A DNA stretch of 32,000 nucleotides. Source: Coprobacillaceae bacterium. Its GTDB lineage: Bacteria > Bacillota_I > Bacilli_A > Erysipelotrichales > Coprobacillaceae. The stretch's first letter is position 1; each line of letters opens with the position of its first letter. The DNA lies in NCBI GenBank assembly GCA_963675515.1, contig OY776328.1:1440001-1472000 (forward strand), in the 5' to 3' direction. A program made the translations under genes and the position numbers. The notes beneath the pieces are model-generated. The model searched no databases, was not told the origin of the DNA, and saw only the letters and a program-made list of their open reading frames with translations. Shown here piece by piece: positions 26,607 to 32,000 of the stretch.

Positions 26607-28055
26607 ATGTATCATCGCAGTGCCCAGGGCTGGTTGAAGCATCTGGATTTCATGGTCATTGACATGCTTTGTCTGCATTTGGCATTTCTACTTGCCTATA
26701 TCATCAGACAAGGTCTCAGTGATCCTTATGTAGATTTTCGTTATCGAAATATGATTATTGTCATCACTTTGATCGAGTTCATGGTATTGGTGTTCTTCAA
26801 TTCCTTCAAGAATGTCTTGAAGAGGGGGTATTATCAGGAATTCTTAGCCACGGTAAGACATGCATTCCTGGTAATTGTATTTACGACCTTCTATCTCTTT
26901 GCGGTTCAGGATGGACTGGCTTATTCAAGAATCATGATTGGGGTAATGGCAATCTTGTTTACACTGACAAGCTACCTATGTCGGGTAGGATGGAAATATT
27001 ATCTGCAAAATAATGTCATCAAGGACAAGAAACGATCATTGTTGATAGTGACCAATGACTTGATAGCAAAAAGAGTAGTTGATAACATTTTAGGTACTAA
27101 TCATGAAAAGTATTATCTTGCCGGGTTGGCTATTCTAAACAAGGATTTGATAAATCAGGAAATCAACGGGGTTCCGGTAGTCGCTTCAAGTGCAACTGTT
27201 ACGGAATATGTATGTAGGGAGTGGGTTGACGAGGTTATCATTAACCTGCAAAACAACGTTCCTTTCCCGGATAATTTGATTAATGACTTTGTGGTGATGG
27301 GGATTACTGTCCATCTTGAACTGGTTAAATCAGCAAGAATCGAAGGAAAAAAACAGTTTATTGAACGGATTGGAAACTATTCGGTGCTCACTACCAGCAT
27401 TAACACAGCCAAAACATACGAACTTGCATTGAAAAGACTAGTTGATATCGGAGCAGGTTTAGTTGGTTGCCTGATCACTGGTATTCTATATGTTATTATG
27501 GGACCAATGATTTACTTTCAATCACCTGGACCAGTATTGTTTTCCCAAGAACGGGTTGGAAAAAACGGGAAGAAGTTTAAAATATATAAGTTTCGATCAA
27601 TGTACCTTGATGCGGAACAACGCAAACAAGAATTGATGGAGCAAAACCGGGTCAAGGATGGCATGATGTTTAAACTTGACTTCGACCCAAGAATCATCGG
27701 TTCAAAACAAATCAACGGAAAAACAAAAAAAGGCATCGGCAACTACATCCGCGACTTAAGCCTTGATGAATTCCCACAATTCTATAATATCCTTAAGGGG
27801 GAAATGAGCCTGATAGGGACTAGACCACCAACTCTCGATGAGTGGAAAAAATATGACCTTCATCATCGTGCCAGACTAGCAACCAAACCTGGGTTAACTG
27901 GAATGTGGCAAGTTAGTGGGCGATCAAATATAACTGATTTCGAGGAAGTTGTGCGACTTGATAAACAATATATTACTAACTGGACATTGGGATTGGATGT
28001 TAGGATATTAATAAAAACTATACAAGTAGTATTAACAAAAGATGGGTCAATGTGA
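26607..28055 (+). CDS. polyprenyl-phosphate glycosyl-1-phosphate transferase (WbaP/CpsE/EpsE-type priming enzyme)
   Basis: 482 aa with N-terminal TM helices, a central domain, and a C-terminal bacterial sugar transferase domain (PGPVLFSQERVGKNGKKFKIYKFRSM, SLDEFPQFYNILKGEMSLIGTRPP, KPGLTGMWQVSGRS). Confidence 0.9.
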   Translation: MYHRSAQGWLKHLDFMVIDMLCLHLAFLLAYIIRQGLSDPYVDFRYRNMIIVITLIEFMVLVFFNSFKNVLKRGYYQEFLATVRHAFLVIVFTTFYLFAVQDGLAYSRIMIGVMAILFTLTSYLCRVGWKYYLQNNVIKDKKRSLLIVTNDLIAKRVVDNILGTNHEKYYLAGLAILNKDLINQEINGVPVVASSATVTEYVCREWVDEVIINLQNNVPFPDNLINDFVVMGITVHLELVKSARIEGKKQFIERIGNYSVLTTSINTAKTYELALKRLVDIGAGLVGCLITGILYVIMGPMIYFQSPGPVLFSQERVGKNGKKFKIYKFRSMYLDAEQRKQELMEQNRVKDGMMFKLDFDPRIIGSKQINGKTKKGIGNYIRDLSLDEFPQFYNILKGEMSLIGTRPPTLDEWKKYDLHHRARLATKPGLTGMWQVSGRSNITDFEEVVRLDKQYITNWTLGLDVRILIKTIQVVLTKDGSM

Positions 28056-28599
28056 AAATTTGATCTGAAATTTTTTATATTTATAAATTTCTTGCAGTAT
28101 TGCAGATAACGCATTTTTTGCAATGATATATAAAAATATGTTGTTATACACTAATAGGTAGAAATAATAATATTTTGAGGCCATTTTTATTGCATCCATA
28201 AATGTCAATTTTGAAGCTTATAATAGTATAGTTTCCGACATTATATGATTATTTGAGTTAGTAAATATTTGGTGATAAATTTGATTTTATATATTCTTGA
28301 TGAGTTTTTATTCAAATTGTAATTTCTGTATTATTGTTTTGAATGACCATAAAAAAACAGGAAGCGAATATTTTGGATTGCGAAAAGTTGATATATGTTC
28401 TGAAATGCTGAAATTTCTCGGATTTATAGCGAGCAGATTTTGACATACCAGTATTATAATTTACAACCTGAGATATGCGGTCATTATAAATTATTCTTGG
28501 AGTATTAATATAATTTTCTAAGTACCAAAATAATGGCTTGTTTCAATACTGTGTACTGTAGAAATAGCGGTTTTTCCACTTGTAGGAGGAAAAAGTGAA

Positions 28600-29070
28600 A
28601 TGGATAAAAAGAAATTAAAAGTATGTTTTGCTGCATCGTCGGGAGGGCATTTTGAACAATTGATGATGTTGCGCCCTTTAATGGAAGAGTATGACAGTTT
28701 TATATTAACTGAAAAAACAATATATGATATTGATACCGATAATATAAAAACTCATCATGTCATCCAGATAAATAGAAAAGAGAAATTGTTTCCATTGAAA
28801 TTTATTATTTGTTTCGTTGAGTCTTTTGTTATTTTTATTAAGGAAAAACCGGACATAATTATTTCAACAGGCGTTTTGGCATGTGTTCCAATGTGTTTGA
28901 TAATTAAAGCTTTTGGAAAAAAGTTAATATACATTGAATCATTTGCTAAGGTTTCAACTCCAACTGTTAGCGGTAAATTTCTATACAAACATGCAGACCA
29001 ATTTTATGTTCAGTGGGAGAGTATGAAGGGAGTATATCCTGAAGCAATCTATAGAGGGGGGATATACTAG
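28600..29070 (+). CDS. Alg14-like membrane subunit of a split glycosyltransferase (Cps14F/PssD type)
   Basis: 156 aa. The N-terminus KVCFAASSGGHFEQLMML and the ending ..ESFAKVSTPTVSGK are typical of this type. An Alg13-like partner follows directly. Confidence 0.8.
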   Translation: MDKKKLKVCFAASSGGHFEQLMMLRPLMEEYDSFILTEKTIYDIDTDNIKTHHVIQINRKEKLFPLKFIICFVESFVIFIKEKPDIIISTGVLACVPMCLIIKAFGKKLIYIESFAKVSTPTVSGKFLYKHADQFYVQWESMKGVYPEAIYRGGIY

Positions 29071-29093
29071 ATAATATGAAAGGATAGCGTGCA

Positions 29094-29573
29094 ATGATAT
29101 TTGTAATAGTTGGGTCTCAAAAGTTTCAGTTTAATAGACTTTTGAAAAAAATAGACGAGCTTATAGATAATAATATTATTAAAGATGAAGTTTTTGCTCA
29201 AGTTGGAGCAAGTGATTATGAACCAGTAAACTACAAGTTCAAAAATTATTTAAACCAGGTCGAATTCAAAAAGTTGCTCAGTAATAGTAATCTCGTTATA
29301 ACCCATGGGGGAACAGGAGCGATAGTGGGAGCATTGCGGGAAAATTGTAAAGTTTTAGCGATCCCACGTTTAGCAAAATTTGGTGAACATGTTGATAATC
29401 ATCAGAGACAAATACTTTCTGAATTTGAGTCTATGGGTTACATAGAGGTTTGCGAAGATTTGGCCAGCCTTGAAGGTTCATATAATAGGATACTAAATAA
29501 AGACTATAGAGAATATAAATCTAATACAGAGAATATAATGAAAAATATTAATGAGTTCTTGAAAAATCAGTGA
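29094..29573 (+). CDS. Alg13-like catalytic subunit (Glyco_tran_28_C; Cps14G/PssE type)
   Basis: 159 aa with MIFVIVGSQKFQFNRLL and ITHGGTGAIVGAL...HQRQ. Confidence 0.8.
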   Translation: MIFVIVGSQKFQFNRLLKKIDELIDNNIIKDEVFAQVGASDYEPVNYKFKNYLNQVEFKKLLSNSNLVITHGGTGAIVGALRENCKVLAIPRLAKFGEHVDNHQRQILSEFESMGYIEVCEDLASLEGSYNRILNKDYREYKSNTENIMKNINEFLKNQ

Positions 29574-29589
29574 TCGTGGAGTATACAAG

Positions 29590-30669
29590 ATGGAAAAAGT
29601 TAAAGTATTGATGATTGGCAATAGTCTTTCGGTAAGAGGCGGAATAACCAGCGTTATTGATCAATTATTGTCATTTGATTGGGAAAAAAATAATGTAAAA
29701 GTGAGATTTGTTCCTACTTATATTGATAGTGGAAAAGCAATTAAATCTTTATTTTATTTGATTGCCTACTTTAAAATAATTTTTATTTTTTTATTTGATT
29801 GCCCTGATATTTTGCATATTCATATGTCATATAAGGGTAGCTTTTATCGAAAGTTGTATATTCAGAATCTGGCGAAAGTGTTTAAAGTTCCCAATATTAT
29901 CCATCTTCACGGTTCTGAGTTTGAAAAATGGTATTATGAAAGTAGTGAAGAGACACAAATCAAAATAAGAAAACTTTTAATTAATTCTGATTCTTTTATA
30001 GTTTTAGGTAATAAATGGAATGACATCATAAAAAGAATAGAACCAAATACAAATACCTTAGTTGTTAGCAATGCGGTCAAAATACCATCAGAAACAGCAA
30101 AGTGGAATTTTGTTTCATTTCAAGTTGTATTTCTAGGTGTTCTTATCAAAAGAAAGGGCGTAGCTGATTTACTGCAGGCGATCAGTATTATTAAAAAAAA
30201 TAACAATGTTGGAAATTTGAGATTTGTCATAGCGGGAACTGGAGAAGATGAATTAGAATTAAAGGAATTGGCTGTTTCCTTGGACATCAGTGAATGCGTT
30301 GATTTTATTGGATGGATAGACGGTATCGAAAAAAAGGAATTATTAAAAGATAGCCAATTGATGGTTTTGCCTTCTTATAATGAAGGTTTGCCAATTGCGA
30401 TTCTTGAAGCACTTAGCTATGGCTTGCCTATTATTGCATCGGATGTTGGGGATATTTCTTCAGCAGTTATTGACGGTAAAAACGGTTTTTTAATTGAGGC
30501 GGGTAATTATGAAAAATTAGCAAGTAGTATAGTGAAGATTGCTATGGATCAGACAATGTTTGAAAAACAAAGCATTGTGTCTAGAAAATTGGCCACTAGT
30601 AATTTTTCTGATGACAAATATCAAGATTTATTAGGATTGTGTTACCATAAATTTGGAGGGATAAATTAA
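29590..30669 (+). CDS. GT4-family glycosyltransferase
   Basis: 359 aa with the C-terminal retaining-GT4 signature LPSYNEGLPIAILEALSYGLPIIASDVG (E-x7-E). Confidence 0.85.
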   Translation: MEKVKVLMIGNSLSVRGGITSVIDQLLSFDWEKNNVKVRFVPTYIDSGKAIKSLFYLIAYFKIIFIFLFDCPDILHIHMSYKGSFYRKLYIQNLAKVFKVPNIIHLHGSEFEKWYYESSEETQIKIRKLLINSDSFIVLGNKWNDIIKRIEPNTNTLVVSNAVKIPSETAKWNFVSFQVVFLGVLIKRKGVADLLQAISIIKKNNNVGNLRFVIAGTGEDELELKELAVSLDISECVDFIGWIDGIEKKELLKDSQLMVLPSYNEGLPIAILEALSYGLPIIASDVGDISSAVIDGKNGFLIEAGNYEKLASSIVKIAMDQTMFEKQSIVSRKLATSNFSDDKYQDLLGLCYHKFGGIN

Positions 30670-31826
30670 TGAAAAAAATTGGTTTAAGTGTGTGTTATGA
30701 TACAAAAAACTTTGGGAGTCAACTTCAAGTATTAGCAACAGATATAAAGATAAAATCTTTAGGATTCGATACTGAGATAATTGTTTATAAAAAAAGGATT
30801 TCACCTGTTTTTATATATCATTCTATACCGAGGTTATTTAATCCATATTTTATTAATGGGAAAATAACAAAAATTAAGAAAAAAAGAAAACTTTCAGCAA
30901 ATCAAGATATCAAGCAGTTGATAGCAACAAGAAATGGGAGGTTTGATAAATTTGTGAATGAGACCTTCACCAATTTGTCGAAACCATACTATGGGTGGAG
31001 TGCTTTAAAAGAGGGTGCAAAATCCAATTATGATGCTTTTTTGTGCGGTAGTGACCAGCTGTGGTTGCCCAGTAATCTAGGTAGTCATTTCTATACTTTG
31101 GAATTTGCACCTGATAATAAACCTAAAATTGCTTATGCAACTAGCTTTGGGGTTGGACAAATTCCATGGTATCAAAAGGGGAAAACTAAATATTTTCTAA
31201 GTCGTTTTAGTTCACTTAGCAGTCGTGAAGTTCGCGGGTCAGAGTTAGTTAGAGAACTTGTTGGATTTGATATTCCAGTTGTATGTGACCCGACACTTTT
31301 GTTAAGTACGAGTGAGTGGGAGAAAGTAATTCCTAATAATGTTGTTATCGATGAAAAATACGTTTTTTGTTATTTTCTTGGTACTAACTCTGAGCATCGT
31401 GAATTAGCAAATGATTTGAAGAAGAAAACAGGATATAAAATTGTAACGATACCATTTTTGGATAATTTTGTTGATAGTGATCAACATTTTGGAGATTATA
31501 AACTATTCGATATTGATACATATGATTTTGTAAATCTAATTAGAAATGCGGAGTATGTACTTACAGACTCGTTCCATGGAAGCATATTTTCAATATTAAG
31601 TCATAAGAAATTCACAATTTTCAATAGATTTGAAGAGGGGAGTAAGAATTCGAGGAATTCGAGAATTGATAGTCTTTGCTCTATACTTGAGTTGAACAAT
31701 AGAAGGTTTAATTATAGCAATGAAATATTAGAGCAAATAAATGAAGATATTGATTATTGTAAAGTAGATAAATGTTTGAAAAATTTAAGGGATGAATCAA
31801 TTTCATATCTGAAGGGATCTCTATAA
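30669..31826 (+). CDS. polysaccharide pyruvyl transferase family protein
   Basis: 385 aa with N-terminal YDTKNFGSQLQVLA and a CGSDQLW motif. Its start overlaps the GT4 stop (TAATG). Confidence 0.8.
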   Translation: MKKIGLSVCYDTKNFGSQLQVLATDIKIKSLGFDTEIIVYKKRISPVFIYHSIPRLFNPYFINGKITKIKKKRKLSANQDIKQLIATRNGRFDKFVNETFTNLSKPYYGWSALKEGAKSNYDAFLCGSDQLWLPSNLGSHFYTLEFAPDNKPKIAYATSFGVGQIPWYQKGKTKYFLSRFSSLSSREVRGSELVRELVGFDIPVVCDPTLLLSTSEWEKVIPNNVVIDEKYVFCYFLGTNSEHRELANDLKKKTGYKIVTIPFLDNFVDSDQHFGDYKLFDIDTYDFVNLIRNAEYVLTDSFHGSIFSILSHKKFTIFNRFEEGSKNSRNSRIDSLCSILELNNRRFNYSNEILEQINEDIDYCKVDKCLKNLRDESISYLKGSL

Positions 31827-31860
31827 GATTGTTTATACAGTTTGTTTGAGCGGGTAAATT

Positions 31861-32000
31861 ATGATAAGTTGTGTAGAAAAGAACAAATGTTGCGGATGTA
31901 CAGCATGTGAAAGTATTTGTCCTAGGAATTGTATAAAAATGATTCCAGATGATGAGGGATTCTCATACCCGTCAGTAGATGAAACACTTTGTATTGAGTG
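31861..32000 (+). CDS. 4Fe-4S cluster protein, N-terminal part (FrhB/F420-dehydrogenase-beta-like partner of pyruvyl transferases), truncated by the window end
   Basis: MISCVEKNKCCGCTACESICPRNCIKMIPDDEGFSYP carries a CxxCxxCxxxCP ferredoxin motif. The frame is still open at nt 32000. Confidence 0.6.
   Translation, partial: MISCVEKNKCCGCTACESICPRNCIKMIPDDEGFSYPSVDETLCIE

Overview
The gene content suggests a low-GC Gram-positive chromosome (Bacillota, Lactobacillales-like); this assignment is inference, not verified. The window falls into three blocks.

(1) nt 1-7540 is a conserved, tightly packed plus-strand operon for MurNAc/anhydro-MurNAc recycling. It holds murR, murQ, anmK, a small membrane protein, a PTS EIIC, DUF871/mupG and a BadF-type sugar kinase. 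A shared operator-like motif sits in front of murR and murQ.

(2) nt 7540-25320 is a decayed accessory region.
- Two paralogous promoter-to-terminator RNA candidates of about 230 nt bracket remnants of an HMA (copper-binding) gene and a histidine-kinase gene.
- There are two ORF-poor stretches, 8.95-9.94 kb and 12.2-13.6 kb.
- A same-strand cluster is built from two repeated uncharacterised protein families. Family A has two RpoA alpha-CTD-like helix-hairpin-helix modules plus a sigma-70 region-4-like HTH (2 copies). Family B is a ~150-aa acidic all-helical protein (3 copies). A 464-aa helical-repeat protein is also present. This cluster is my best candidate for an undescribed system.
- The second family-A gene is split by an IS6-family element (8-bp TSD).
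- The IS6 transposase gene is split by an IS1634-like element (28-bp IRs, 4-bp TSD).
- The IS1634-like transposase gene is split by a complete group II intron whose RT/maturase carries a frameshift. All junctions can be restored in frame by hand.

(3) nt 25320-32000 holds a VanZ-like gene and the start of an EPS/CPS locus. The locus encodes a priming phosphotransferase, an Alg14/Alg13-like split glycosyltransferase, a GT4, a pyruvyl transferase and a 4Fe-4S protein. Composition turns sharply AT-rich near 28.06 kb.

I saw no rRNA, tRNA or CRISPR array.
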